A stretch of 59,392 nucleotides of DNA, counting the filler, from Sphacelaria rigidula (lineage: Eukaryota), in the NCBI GenBank assembly GCA_964200075.2. It is 8 parts of 8 records of this genome, joined end to end, with 100 filler letters (N's around TTAATTAATTAA, not from the genome) between each part and the next. Parts side by side here need not be neighbours in the genome. Positions count along the whole stretch, not along the records: positions 29,749 to 37,084 come from CAXNAA020015379.1; positions 37,185 to 44,520 come from CAXNAA020015380.1; positions 44,621 to 51,956 come from CAXNAA020015381.1; 5 more parts are not named here. One strand, given 5' to 3'. The position numbers and the translations under genes were made by a program. Shown here in pieces: positions 34,401 through 47,700 of this stretch; within the stretch, counting starts at the first letter, position 1, and every line of letters starts with the position of its first letter. The notes under the pieces are model-generated. The model saw nothing but the letters and a program-made list of their open reading frames with translations, was not told the DNA's origin and ran no database searches.

Positions 34401-37084
34401 GAAGACCCTAACCTTCGATCAGATGTAATTCGCCGCTGCAAAGATCACTGCCTGAACTGTGGCATTTGGTTCAATCCTCAACGGGGTACTCCGCCGATGG
34501 CCAAGTTCCCGCGCACTCCATGCGCCACTGCGAAGCCCCGTTCACAAACGCATTTGGCGTACTCGACCCCATGTTCTCCGAGCCCCAGTTTGCGCACTTT
34601 TGGCCAACTTGGCAAGCACGTATGAGGTCTTATCGTCGCCCTCAACCCAGCGGCGCCCGGAATTCATACCAACGCCCCCGGCGTGGCAATCGCCACTATA
34701 ATGGCGACACTCGTGCCCCCCCTCAATACCAACACTCCTACTATCACGCTCAGCCCGCTAACGCGCCCCCCTCTCACGTAGCCCCCGCCCATTCTGGCGC
34801 GTTTCAACCGCCACACCAGACTCCTAGCCCCCCCACAAACACATCTACTACCCCGAACACATCCCGTCAGAATGAGATCCATGACTCTACCGATGCCAGA
34901 CGTACCACCTGACGGTGTTTGGGAAACGCGCAATACCCCGCGTTTCCACATAACCGACGGGGTACCTTTACGTGTGTGACCGCTGGTAACCCTTCGCCGT
35001 CACCCTCTTTACATTTTGATGACACTTCTACTTCACACCCCGTTGTCGACCATAGGTCCACAGTCGGGTCCCAGCAACCTTCAATACCAAACCGCGGCGA
35101 AATATTTTCTTTCACCCAGCCAGTACACCCTCACCACTTAACAAAATCCTCGTCGGCCAGCGTGGCTTCTCGCTTGTGGTGTGGGTACGCTAGCGATGAC
35201 CGTTCTGTCATGATGGGTCCCATGACAGCGCAGTCCCGTGCAACATTGCATGACTCCCAAATGCGCAATGACCAACCCTTCCGAGTGGTAGTAATCAATG
35301 CCAGTTGGATCCGATCGCCCCGCGGAATCGGCAGTCATGTAGCGTAGCGCCTACCGCCTTAGAAGCAGGAACATCTTCTGATACAGTAGCTGCTATCCCT
35401 ACGACTGTTCATCGTAGGATGGAACGTTTACAGAGACTCCCCAGCCCCGAGAAGGACTCAGGAGTCCAGTCGAATTCGGTAACACATGCGTGCGAAATTC
35501 CGCGTGTGCCCGGTGCCCTTTTATTTGGTGAGCGTAATGTTTCGTGCACTATCTGCGCCAGTGCCGAACCCTTGCTTTCCGTAGCTCAGCGGATTGGGAA
35601 GGAACCTCAAGCGACAGTGCCGACCAAGCGCCACACGTGTAGCCACGAACGGACTGACCTTGCCAACTTCCCAAAAGCCCCTAGAACAGCCGGCTCTAGA
35701 GTGCGCTATACGCGACACCGGGAGAAGGCTCTTCCGGATGAAACTGTAAATAAACCTGTAGTTGCCGCTGCATCCGCCCACCAAGAAGGTGCCCGGGTGC
35801 CGGGCACAGCGGATGAAGGCCTTGTCGTAGAACAGGTGGGTGTTTCCCAGATCCCGAATAGATCAGCACCGCTTCCGGCCGACCCCTCGGAATCTATGTT
35901 GAAGAATAAAGTAGCGTTGAAAACTGTTGGGACAGTAAAACCGCTACGCCCTGCATGTATGTCTCATGTACCGTCCAAATTGCAGTCCGATCAGGACTGT
36001 TTCTCTCCTGTTTCTCACAGCTCCAAACCATTATCGCCAACATCCACATCCACTTCCTTCCCCAGGCGTCGTCCATCCCCGACTGTGTACGAAATCCAAC
36101 ATTCGTCTACTGCACCACTCGCCATGCAAAACCCCCCGTGCCACGACGGCCCTTCGGAAAACACATTCGCTGCGGAGGATCGATCTCGCTTTTATTTTAG
36201 TACCATTCCCCAACAACACAAGGGCGATGTGGCTGCAGATCACTTGTCGGAATACGGACCCAACTTGGTCAGTGGAACTGCACTCATGGATGACGCCTCC
36301 TTCACAACCCGAATAGGTATACATAGCGGAGTGCATGCAACACGCCCTTTGATGGCCGTTGCCCTGCCCGACACTGGCTCGCCGCAAACTTTCATCACAG
36401 CCAGCTGCTGGCAACACATGATGAACGCGAGAGCAGCAGATATTCATTGCCTTTCTACTGTTCCGCCTCGTGGTTTTGGCGGGTTTGGTGCCTCCACTCC
36501 CCTTACGGTTGATCAATCAGTACGACTCAGTGTGCAATTCTTCGATGACACTGGTCCCACTGCACGATTAGCTGTGCGGGCACTTATTGTGCCCGATGGT
36601 TCCATGTCGGTTGATGTTCTCTTGGGACGTGATAGCTGGCTACGTTTTCCCACACATACATACACGACAAACTCACCTGTTTCGAACCGACCACTGAGAG
36701 GCAGATTGCAATTGAGACATCACGACGCTGATCCAGGGGCTCAGGCCTATGTCGATGACCCAACACAAACAGGTGATGCTTTTCGACTGTATTATGTTGG
36801 AGACCACGTCGTCTCTCTGTCCCGTGAACCTCAACACATTCATGTGAATCTTGTGAGACGGAACGGATCCCCCGCCCTCACTGGACAGTACTTGGTCGAC
36901 TTAACCAATCCCAACCAACCCCCAGACAGTATTCCCCCCTTTGATCAGACCGATGTTTTTGTCCATGAGGGTCGGCAATCCATTCCCCTCACGTCCTCTG
37001 CATGTCTCGATGTCCTCCCTGGTCAGTTGTTGGGTTTTGCTCAAGCGCCCCTCCTACGGGCAGCCTTGTCGAATGTATGTCTGA
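31432..37084 (+). mobile_element. Ty3/Gypsy-like LTR retrotransposon, frameshifted gag-like region plus aspartic protease; RT and integrase lie beyond the scaffold end
   Basis: Long ORFs 31432-33957, 32067-32648 (coiled coil), 33581-34315, 34466-34912 with a split zinc knuckle CLNC...HSMRHC. ORF from 35305 has retropepsin motifs ALPDTGSPQTFI and DVLLGRDSW. No introns. Confidence 0.75.
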
Positions 37085-37184
37085 NNNNNNNNNNNNNNNN
37101 NNNNNNNNNNNNNNNNNNNNNNNNNNNNTTAATTAATTAANNNNNNNNNNNNNNNNNNNNNNNNNNNNNNNNNNNNNNNNNNNN

Positions 37185-37331
37185 TCATGCGACTCGTCGA
37201 GCACATGACGGCGCTTCGTGCTTGGTGACTGAGTGCGAGCCTGGTTCGGCGAAAACCCGGCGTGCTCCATCCCGGCTTCGTAGGAATGCGAGGTCAATAG
37301 TCTGATGACTGGCATGCATGACTATGAATAC
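37185..37331 (+). repeat. Family B repeat (3' part) followed by C tract
   Basis: TCATGCGACTCG...GAGCCTGGTTCGGCGAAAACCCGGCGTGCTCC...ATGAATAC-CTTCCCCCC. Confidence 0.8.
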
Positions 37332-37541
37332 CTTCCCCCCCCTCCCTCCCCCCCCTTCCCCGCCCTCCTCCAGCGTGCAGTATGGTCTATAGGAAACCCC
37401 GAAGTTCAGCAACCTCACCAGTATTTTCACGTCACATCTTCCCTCCAATATTTCGGACCCGCGATTAACTCATGCCAATTTCTCGACAACAGTACACATA
37501 TTTGCTCTTCGTCTGGCAGTCTAATCACCAGGATGAAGAGT

Positions 37542-37598
<57 letters not shown>

Positions 37599-38954
37599 AG
37601 CCCCCCCGCAATCGNNNNNNNNNNAAACAACTTTTTTTCTTCTCTCTTGGCATTCACCCCCCCAAGAAGAAGCTCCCCCCCCCCCCCCCCCCCCCCCCAC
37701 CTTTACTCCTTACCCGCCAAATTCAGGCTTTTAGAAGGTTTCGCAAGCGGTACAGGTTTTTATATATTCCTCGTCCCTTCTTTTCGTTGTGTGATTTTCA
37801 CTCCCATCGGCGAAAGATATCAAACGCCACACCCACTATCTATCCTAAACAATCCGCGGAAAAGAGGAAGCAACCCAACGGCGAAACCTACAAGGGGCAG
37901 ACTTGACTGAGTCATCATCCACCATCTTACTTGTCGTAACCTGTGGAATAAGCCGACCGTTTGCTACTGCGGAGGGTACGCTCGATTCCAGTGGGAATAT
38001 CTGGAATAACCAGACGTAAATCCGATCTGATCATGGCTTCAATAGTTGGCAAAGCTTTCGAGGTTTTCTTCTTCCCCACACCCTCCGCACCCCTCCTCCC
38101 CCCTCCTCCCCCCTCCTCCCTCAACACACATAGTTCTTGACTTTCTCCCCCTGTTTTTCTTTCGGTGAGAAACTTCATGCAGACTACTGCTTGATGAGAC
38201 CACTACGGACCGCCCTGTCCAGTACGCCCGAAGAAAAGGATAGACGGGAAAAGTATGCTACATGAACATCAGAAAATAGGAGACAACGTTTCGTTGCTCA
38301 ATCTGCATACGACGTGAATGCCTAGGCTCCCTCAATTCAATGCTGCAGCTACAGCGACACTTCGAAAGGGATGCACGGCGATAGAGAGAGGTCGGGGAGA
38401 GGGAAGAGGGGAGGCTAAAAAATCTCCGTTCCTCTGCACTGCCCCCGTCCGAGAAATTAACCACACAATCAACGCTAACGAAGCAGCCCTTCGGGACGCA
38501 AAACAACCCGCAACAACAACAAAATTCCTCGACATGGCGCAAGCGATGATGTGTGGCGACCTGGAAAAGGTACCAAGCTCACACTACTCTCAGCACGGCA
38601 CATATCAAGCCCAAACAGCAACGGAGTATCCCGCACCAATCCGGTCGGGCTGGACTACAAAAAATGTGTTCCGGTTAGCCAGTATTTTGGTAACCCGTTC
38701 GCACCATCCCCTCACACGCAAAACATGCAAGAGGCAAAGTTGGAAGAGTTGGCTAAGGAAAGGGAAGGGAATGAAGAGGGGGGGCGGGGGGGGGGGCGGG
38801 GGGGGGGGGAGGAAAAAAAAAAGAAGCAAGTCAAGATTTTTCTCATGGNNNNNNNNNNGAGGGGGGGGGGGGGGCGGGGGGGTGGGGGGGGGGGTGGGGA
38901 GGGGGGGGAGGGGAGGGGGAGCGGGGGGGGGAGGGGGGGGAGGAGGGGGGGGGG

Positions 38955-39010
<56 letters not shown>

Positions 39011-40708
39011 GGAGGAAAAAAAAATGAAGCATGTCACGTTTTTTCTCATGGTGCAGCTGCACACGGTACGCAATAGGGATACTGTATTTCTCACCTCTGA
39101 CTTGAGTCCAGTTGTTTTTGTACATACGTTCAGATGAAGTTAAAAATAAAAGAATAAAACGGATCAAACGTATCAAACGACTACTGACTATCATAACCAC
39201 CACTCGCTCTTACTACTTTTTTTATTGTCACTTGTCATCTCTGTCACCCCTCTACCCTACCAATACCTCCGAGGATCATCTGTGTCGAGCCAACACACTA
39301 CGGACGAATCGCCCTCGGGAACAACTCTAACAACATTTCGAATTTTGAGATACGCGCGGCCGGTCCAGACAGGCCAGGACAATCTACTACAGTAGCAATC
39401 TCTCCTTCTCGTGAATAAAAAAAAAGAGAGTCCTGGGGGATGGGGAAAACAAAGCCAACTAGAAAGGTGTAACGTCATGCTTCCGGAGTACAGTCTTCCA
39501 CTACTCTCGGCAAAATCGACGCTTGAACAACTGAGCCACTGTCGGGTTGTGACGGAGGACGGTATTATGCCCCTGCGGCATCGCATTCGCTAACGGCTAG
39601 GAAGGACGAGATTTGTCATACGTTGGAGCTCCCTTGTCGCTCTTCCAAAGTCGGAACGGACCCTTTTGCTTCGGAGCATTTGTCACCACCTGCTGTGCGA
39701 TCTGGATACACACGCATGAAATGCAGAAATTGAATGGGGGGGGAGGGGGGGGGGGGGTGATGGCGCTGAACGAAGTAGAGATAGATATACACTAGAATCG
39801 CTTGTGCGATCTATATACAACGAAAACGCAAACCAGCAGACAAGCGAACAAACGATAAACATAAAAGCACGACGTGATGTGTCTCAATGTGTTGTCATCC
39901 CGTCTATTGTGCACTCAGGCAACATCTTTCGATACATATGGGCGTATCAGTCCGGGTTACACAGGAAGGTCACACACGGAAGCTTTATTTTCTGTTCCGT
40001 TGTCAGTTAGTACGTCACCCTCCTTGTGCCGTGCTCGCCGTACTTTTTTATCGCGAAAAAAGGTTCCACCATGCGTTTGCCTCGCCGACCGTGACGCCGA
40101 AATTTGTATACCGACGACATAGTCGCTCTTCACTGTTGGACATGATGTGAGAAGAAACCCAGATCGTGTGACTTCGCCGACATTTCAACCCATACCCCAA
40201 GCGTCAAGGGGTTTCACACCTTGGACAATATATGGTCAATAGATGAAATAAACGAGAAGTGTACTGCATGAAGTATAGGCATATTGCAACTATTGCGACA
40301 ATAGTCGCAATGGGCCTATACTCTATGCAGTACGTTTTTTGTCTATTGCAATTTTTCACCGTATATTGTCCAAGGTGTGGAGGGTTCCGAGGTTACCAAC
40401 TGAGCCACCGGCATGAAAATCAAAAATGCGTAATATTTGGCGTAGCAGGTTGAATCGGTACATAATGATTGGCTGCTTCTAATCCCTGTGCGTCACGCAG
40501 GAAGAATGCGGCTGACTCTGGATAGTCTGGTACCGTGTTGCAGGTGGGATTGTACAGAAAAGAACAGAAGGCTCCAAATAAAAGAAAAAAACAGCAGAAA
40601 GGGGCGAAAAAAGAAGCCGAACAGAAAGGTGGGGGGAGAAGGAAGAGGCCGAACGCATGATACTTTGAGGAAAACGTTTCCGTGATCATGAGAATAGAGT
40701 GTTGATTA

Positions 40709-40909
40709 GAGAGTTGAGGAAAACACTTTTTCGTCATTTCACAGTGTAAATATCTCAGGACCAAATTGCAGAATGGAGGAAAGCACCTGGTAGAAAAACA
40801 GTTGAGGGGATACCACGTTTCACGGAGAGGGAAATAATTTTTCGTTACCCTCTGATCCGGAGGTATTTGCACTCTGAAATGACAAAAAAAGGCGTTTTCC
40901 GAAACTCTC
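40709..40909. mobile_element. MITE, same family as 4125-4293, TA flanks
   Basis: TA-GAGAGTTGAGGAAAAC...GTTTTCCGAAACTCTC-TA with the GTCATTTC..GTGYAAATATCTC inverted pair. Confidence 0.8.
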
Positions 40910-41698
40910 TACAGTGGGCTTCCATCACTCCTTTCAACTTGACCAATGTTTCATTCATGATGAGGTCCTCTGTGCCTCATTTCTCATTTGCATCTGCCCC
41001 TGTGCCACTTTTTAAAGTGAACGTGTTACTATCGTGGTGTTATTACAGCAAAGTGTGAAGAATCTTGCATCAAAAGGTCGCATGTGCCACACACATTCTA
41101 CCGGAACATTTCAAGTGTTGGATGAATAGTGATGAGTCTGGGAATGATTTGCATGCAGTGCCATCAATTCGTACCGTATGAATAAATTCTTGGGCTTTGT
41201 TTCCAGCGTTGCACTGCACCCCAAGTACGTGGAGGTCTCACAAATTTTGCGTAGAGATGTTCTCGACCCGCGGTCAGTTACTCCATCTATCCTGAGATAT
41301 CAGGCCTCAGAAGACCATAGATACGGTTATTCGAACTATGTAGCATTACAGACGTTACATAAATACAAAATCTCCGCCACTTCAGTTCTCCACTACTCCC
41401 TTATCAGAGTACAGTACTCACTAGCGTGGATCTCGTCGTTCAACATTTACTCTTGCATGCGACTTCCCTCATCTCCCCCTCTTGTCAAACCATCTGCCCG
41501 CCAAGGAGCGCAAAATCCGTTGAACTCGCACCAGTCTTCACTCCGAAGAATGACTTCGGCCAGGGCGGGTGCGGCCACGGCATCCAAGATCGATGAGAGA
41601 TTTGTTTTGCCGCAAAGGGATAGATACCAGGCACACTTTTGTCATTATCCACATGCCCAGGAAACACCATTTCCTCGCAAATTCATCTTTGCCGTCAC

Positions 41699-44272
41699 CT
41701 TCGACGACCGTTCGCTGGAGTCGGAGGTAGCTTTCGATACTGCTCGTCCCGAACGATCTGCTCCAGTTCCACTCATGTCCCCAAGCGCACCGTCAGATAT
41801 TTCGCCAGACGAAGAGGTGGACGCTCTCGGTTTATCAGGACAGGAATCGTAACCGGCGCAGATGCTTCCGCTGCCTCGACCTCCGCGCTCGTTGTTTGCC
41901 TCGCTCTGACTCGTTGATCGCCTACGGGCCTCCATGATGTTGGCCTGTACAGGCCGGCGTGAGGCAAGAAATAGGACGGGACGAGGATTGGGAAAGGGTA
42001 GGGGGGGGGGGCGGAGCCCCAAAATACACATGGAGTTGTGAAACGCTGGACAACTATTAGTAATAACTGAAGCATTGGAATGTTGGATTTATTGGCGCTT
42101 GGGCAAAACTACATATGATGAAGATGACCGCGGATCATGAAAGTCTTCTGAGGTGAGTTTTGCGCCGTCTCACGCGCTGCTGCGCGCAGCACAGCGGGAG
42201 CCAGACCATTTCGAGTGCTAGCCGGTTTGTCGATGTTCTTTTGGCTGTATATTTGGAATGGTCAGCATAATGGATCTCGAAATACCAGTTTAGTATCCCA
42301 TATTTTCATCATGCTGGGATATAGCGTGTCGGGTTTTCACCGGCCAGGTACATCCCGGCCGTACGCAGACACGCGAGGGACAAACATTTGTACGAATACA
42401 GCAGACAAAACAATAACTACCAGACAATACACCGTATCAGGGGACGGGGTGCACTGGAAGGAAGAAGTCAGCAACAAAAAAAAAAACGGGGGGGGGCGGG
42501 GGTGGTTGGCGTCACCATCTGCCCCTTTCCTCCCTCTTTCTTCGGTTTTGTTTGTTTTCTTNNNNNNNNNNCCGAAAAAGGGACAGGGTGCAACTGAAGG
42601 AAAAAAACCAAAAAAAAAAAAAAAAACGGGGGGGGGCAGGGGAGGATGGCTACACGATCTGCCATGTTCCTCCTGCTCTCTTTGGCTGCATCGGTATCCT
42701 TCGTTTGGACCTTTCTACGCTCATATCCTGGTCCGTCTCATCTCTCCCTTGTTGTGCTGGTTTCCTTGCTGTCTCGCGTACTCGCACGTCGTTGGCTGGC
42801 CTCCTCTTCGCCCCTGCGCCATGGAGTCATATACCTCTCCGCCCCCTGCAGCACCCCCGCGTGCCACCGCATCCCCGACTGCTTGTAGAGTCGTTCGTGG
42901 CTCCGAACGCTCTGAGATCGTCCCTTGAGCCCTTCAAACTGATTCTCCAGCGTCGTCGGCATATAGTATTCTCTACATCACTTTGCATGCGCGTTCCAGT
43001 GAGGTCTCCGCCCCCCTCCCCGCCCCCTCCTTGAGGTATACCATGTCCCTGAGGATCATGTTGTCCACGACGAACCGCACGAGAACCAGCTCGAGCGCCG
43101 CTGCGAAGAAAGAAGTTGAATAGCAACGGGGGAAACACACATCCCTCCTGCCGTCCCCATTTCACCGACAACCACAACGGGAGCTCCCCGATGTCCGTGT
43201 GTATGTGCGCCTGCATGCAGTCGTCGAATTGGCCGAACACTGCGATCGTTTCATCCGGAATACGAGCTCCGGCTGGCACCTGCCACGGGAGCTCTCGGTA
43301 GACCGAGTCGTAGGCCTGCTGAAGGTCGACGATGCACACGAACAGCAGAATTCTCCGTCGCCGCCCCAGCTGCTGGAGTCGGCGCACTTCAAACAGCATG
43401 TCGATGGTGGATTCATCAGGTCGGAAACCGTACCGTTCCGCCCGTACGACCCCGGGTCTTCGCAGTAGCCATTGAGGTGGTCGACCACTTTGCCTGCGTG
43501 CGAGACCAGTAACATTGCCCTGTAATCCTTGAAGTTGGGCTTGGCCGATTTGTACAGCCCTTCGACGGTTGCGTATCTCCACTCCTGCGGGACGTCCCGT
43601 CCTTTCAACACATGGACGAGAATGGCATGGAAACGTTTGGCAACGATAGGTTCGGCGCGGCCGTCGATCTTGAGTACCTTTACAGGGGGAGAGTCGTGTC
43701 CCGGCGCTTTCCAGTTGTGCTTCCCTCGGACTGCTCGTCTCGTTTCCTCCGGCGTTGGTGCTGACCCAAGCGACCCCGAATCTACGGTGGATGGTGCTGC
43801 CGGTCGCTGCTTCACCGTCTGACCCCAACCCTAACCTCAACCAGATCTGCCCAAAGCTCAACCCTCAACCCTCGCGGCCGAGCACCTATGCAATCTCTAT
43901 AACAGCAGAGTTACAGCCAAATAGACATTCCACTTATCATCTGACAACTGACAGTCAAATTGATTTTTCACGAGACAAATAGCAACAGATCAGCGCTAAA
44001 CTACCCGCCCTTAAAAGACCCGAGTGATCAATTACTCGCTAAATTTTTTCTTCGCCATTCTGGCATTTACAGTACTGTACCCAGTTACGATATGTCTTCA
44101 CTTTTGAACTAAGATCCATATTCAAGAGTGGCGCACAACTGAGGAAAACATGAAGGGCCTCACCGTACTACCGTTTTGGCTGACGGAAGACTCGCTTTCC
44201 ATGGGGAGGACACCGCGCTCCTTCGCCTCTGCTCGGAGCTTCATGACTCTCCTTCGAAGCTCGGTCAGTTGG
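41699..44272 (-). CDS. Two internal exons (44272-44164, 41944-41699) of an unknown spliced gene
   Basis: QLTELRRRVMKLRAEAKERGVLPMESESSVSQNGST then ANIMEARRRSTSQSE...SSERSSK; cag acceptors, gtgagg and gtgacg donors, phase-0 join. Confidence 0.5.
42900..43800 (-). mobile_element. Degenerate RTE-clade LINE reverse transcriptase fragment, intronic
   Basis: KAPGHDS, YRAMLLVSHAGKV, YGFRPDESTIDMLFEVRRLQQLG, CIVDLQQAYDSV, EGCVFPPLLFNFF, LYADD (~42952-42966) across frameshifts. Confidence 0.88.
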
Positions 44273-44340
44273 CTGACAGAATAGAAATACGAAAGCCGCA
44301 GTGTACGAAGGAGCCAAATTGGTATCAATCTCTTCCTGTC

Positions 44341-44422
44341 GCGCCCCGGTGGTGAAATGGCCCGACTGTCGCCATCAGGGTGGAGAGAACGGGGGTTCGA
44401 TTCCCGATGCGTCGGGTTTTTT
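44341..44422 (+). pseudogene. tRNA-derived sequence (Gly/Asp-like pseudogene or SINE head)
   Basis: A-box-like TGGTGAAATGG, B-box GGTTCGATTCCC, downstream T6. The cloverleaf stems pair poorly. Confidence 0.45.
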
Positions 44423-44653
44423 CTTCGTAATGTGTGATTTCCACCGTAGAAGGCGTGAGAACGTGAGTAAACGAAGTAGTCGACTGGGTTTGTGTGACGC
44501 GAGTTGACGCGGTGCGGAAGNNNNNNNNNNNNNNNNNNNNNNNNNNNNNNNNNNNNNNNNNNNNTTAATTAATTAANNNNNNNNNNNNNNNNNNNNNNNN
44601 NNNNNNNNNNNNNNNNNNNNCGTTGGGGTGATTTCGGCGAGAGGGGGGGGGGG

Positions 44654-44723
44654 ATACTCATTTGTTGGTTGCCTAAGTCGTTTGGCCATTGACCACGCAT
44701 CCCTTTCGAGACGGAGCACCGTC
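44654..44723 (-). repeat. Family A repeat with ~27-bp target site duplication
   Basis: Flanked by GGTGATTTCGGCGAGA-G11 (44627-44653) and GGTGATTTCGGGGGA-G11 (44724-44749). Confidence 0.85.
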
Positions 44724-47700
44724 GGTGATTTCGGGGGAGGGGGGGGGGGAGGAATTCACGTGTGGAGAAGGGCGTCGGCGGTGGTGAATCGAGTGCTTGA
44801 TTAATTGATTAATTAACTGTCGCACATGAACTGTTCCGTTACGAAGCCAGGAGAAGTAGAGTGAAGTTTATGTAATTTTCTCATATTTATGTAATATTTG
44901 CATGATTAGGAAAGCTTTGGCACGGAAACAAAATACACACGTTGCAGAACTGATCATACATGCACATATTGCGGCCATCAACCACAGCAGCGACCGGATG
45001 TTCGGGACACTTTCAAACTGCTGGACACGTTGATCCGTGCGTATATCGAAAAGTAAGGAAGACTCGAATTTGAAGCCGGTCAACCGCGGGAGCCAAAGGT
45101 GATTGATTATGTTCCATTTGCTGCATCCTCTACACGTGGCCATGTTCCCTTTGCCAAATCAGCATCACGCATCATTTGATACTTGTACTCGCCCTTCAAC
45201 TCTCAGTGGTGGACTTTCTCGCAGGATAAAAAAAAAGTCGTTCGAGGCGATCAGAGCGGCATTTTTCTCGGTGTGTTTGGCAGGTCATGTACAACAGTAT
45301 GTATATACCCTGAACACGCGAAATAACGTTGACGGTTCGCCACAAGATCGATCCTGCGGAAGATTCCAACCGTGAACCATGCCGGCACTACTACTGCCAA
45401 TCTCTACACGAAACACTGCTTTATTCAGATGAAAAGGGTCAATGAAAGACTCGCGAACGCTTCCTGGGAGAATTGAACACCGCTCGATAGTTCCCGCCAC
45501 GTAAAAAGCGACCTATCACGCAGCTAACAATTTTTCGCGAGCCACTTTACTGAGTAAGACATCATTCTTAGAGGGGGGAGCGAATATGCGGAATTTTCGG
45601 GGGCTTTCTCCGAGGAACGATAAACACCCCACAAGCCATGACATGAAACGCTTTGGAAAACACGCTCGCTCACACAGCGTTTGGTCCCCCATGATTCCCA
45701 CCCTCTAGTACCGTACGGTGTTCGCAGCGGTAGGCGAAAAAGTGCTGGGGGCACATGTGCTCGACACTTCAACACCGTGCGGAACACCACATCGATCTGG
45801 CAGTAACAAGCATGTACACAGTACTGCCGAAAAGCGCAAGCGTGATCAGCCACTGCTCGATAACATTGTTATTGCCGAGTAACCTGCAAGACTTTACCCT
45901 ATCTCTTATTCTCGGGGGGAGAGCTACCCGCATAACTCACCCGCAACGGGGCAGGTAAGTCGGCGTCTGGCGGCGGCTTTATTATGGTCGGGAGTGCTGT
46001 CGGTAGATTTCGCCTTACGGCTGCTGCTGCGCACACACGCGGGAGAAGAAAGCAAAAGTACGGATGAGCAAAGGGAACGAGTGAAGCCAGTGTCAACCGA
46101 CTTACACAAAGCATCAACTGTTACGAGACTAATGCGCTCGAAAGCCGTCGGTGGAGTCCGGTTATGTACACTACGTCGGCAGTAGTGAGGTCAGTACACC
46201 ACGGGAACAAGAAAGTTGCCCACGGAAACGCTCACGACGATGATACATATTGGAGTCCTTATAAAAGCACGAGGAACCCCACATACACAGACGGATAAAC
46301 CGTTTTTTTTTGCGCAGATTGTCATCACATCGGTCGTAAAGCACTGAAGACGAGACAAATAATAACAGACGCTTCATTTTTCGTGACGAAGCTCTGGGCT
46401 CCAAAAGGGTCAACTGGGCACATCGTAACACGCCAACCGTAGAGTCGGTCTGCGATGCAGCACTGGGTTTGATTTTCACGGATGGCTCATCGCACAAAAA
46501 ATTACGGACGAAGCAGTAATAATCCTGGAAACACCGCGAGCTCACCCCGCCCATTGCCCCAGAATGATTGTTCTGTCTAGTCGGAGAAACTCATAATCAC
46601 CGGCTGGGTGTGGCTGCCTCAGGATAAACTGCGTGCGCACGGAATGGACAACATGTTCGTACCATTCAGGCTGCAAACCGGCCGCACGCGCGTTAGCTGT
46701 TCATGGATCCAGTTCTAGCAGTCCCCCCCCCCCCCCTCCAGCACTGCCGATGAGGCGCGCACACTCTCTTCACGTGGAAATAAAGAGGCGCAGCTTGTTG
46801 GACTCTGCATCCTTTTCTTCCATGGAGGGTAGGTCAAATACGGTGAAAACCAGCGGGGTCCCTCGCGAAGTAGTGGGCAGAGTACAGCGATGCCTACCTT
46901 CACCCGTACGTACCCAACACGAAGCACCAACCCAGATGGAGGTATCGCGCGTCTCTTGAATATTCTGGAGGTACTGTGTCGATAAATAAAAATACCGCGG
47001 CTCAAAAGTATATTTCTCATCGAACGCGAGTAGGTATTCATTGTCTGAATGTCTAAAATAGGTGTCTATCTGCGTCCAAAGGTACTGGTGCAAGTTTTGA
47101 TCGGTCGTCCTCGGTGCATGGAACGCACTACGGGGCACACGCGGAAGTCGTAGCGTAGCAGATGATCATGTATTAACCATGGTAGAACTGAGTCCTGAGC
47201 CAACAACGAGATCACTCGAGACCATCGCGGTCGTGTTGGGGCTGGGCGGTGCGTTCCGGTGCACATTCGAGCTGTATCGCTCCAACTCGTTCAAATGTCT
47301 GCTGGGCGCTCAAAGTGTTTCAGACCGTGCAAATTCTCACCCGAACAAAATCGCGTTGATTTTTGGGCCTTGGGACCAGTTGTGCTTTACATCCGCGATA
47401 AAGATGGGGAATGCGCAGCCGTCGCGCTCGTGGGTGAGGCGTGTGCTACGGCGTGGCGCGCTTGAACCATCAGTGCATGCTAGAATATCCTGCGGTTGAG
47501 TGCGAATTCCCCCGCGGTCAAATTTGCATCTAATTTGAAATTCGACCGGCACGGCTCGTTTTGGCGACCACGTCCCATTAGTTATTCGGTAAACGAAACA
47601 GCGGCCATCTGACTGATATCTACAGCTGTGTTCTGTTTGTACTGTCCATTTCCGTCACTGCATGCATTATACAGGGTTTTGTGCGGCTGTACTGAATGAA

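Noticed and set aside
37305..39203. Poly-Pro and poly-Gly ORFs (also 21784-22206 and 8689-9201)
   Set aside because: Homopolymer C/G runs next to N gaps; low-quality sequence with no domain.
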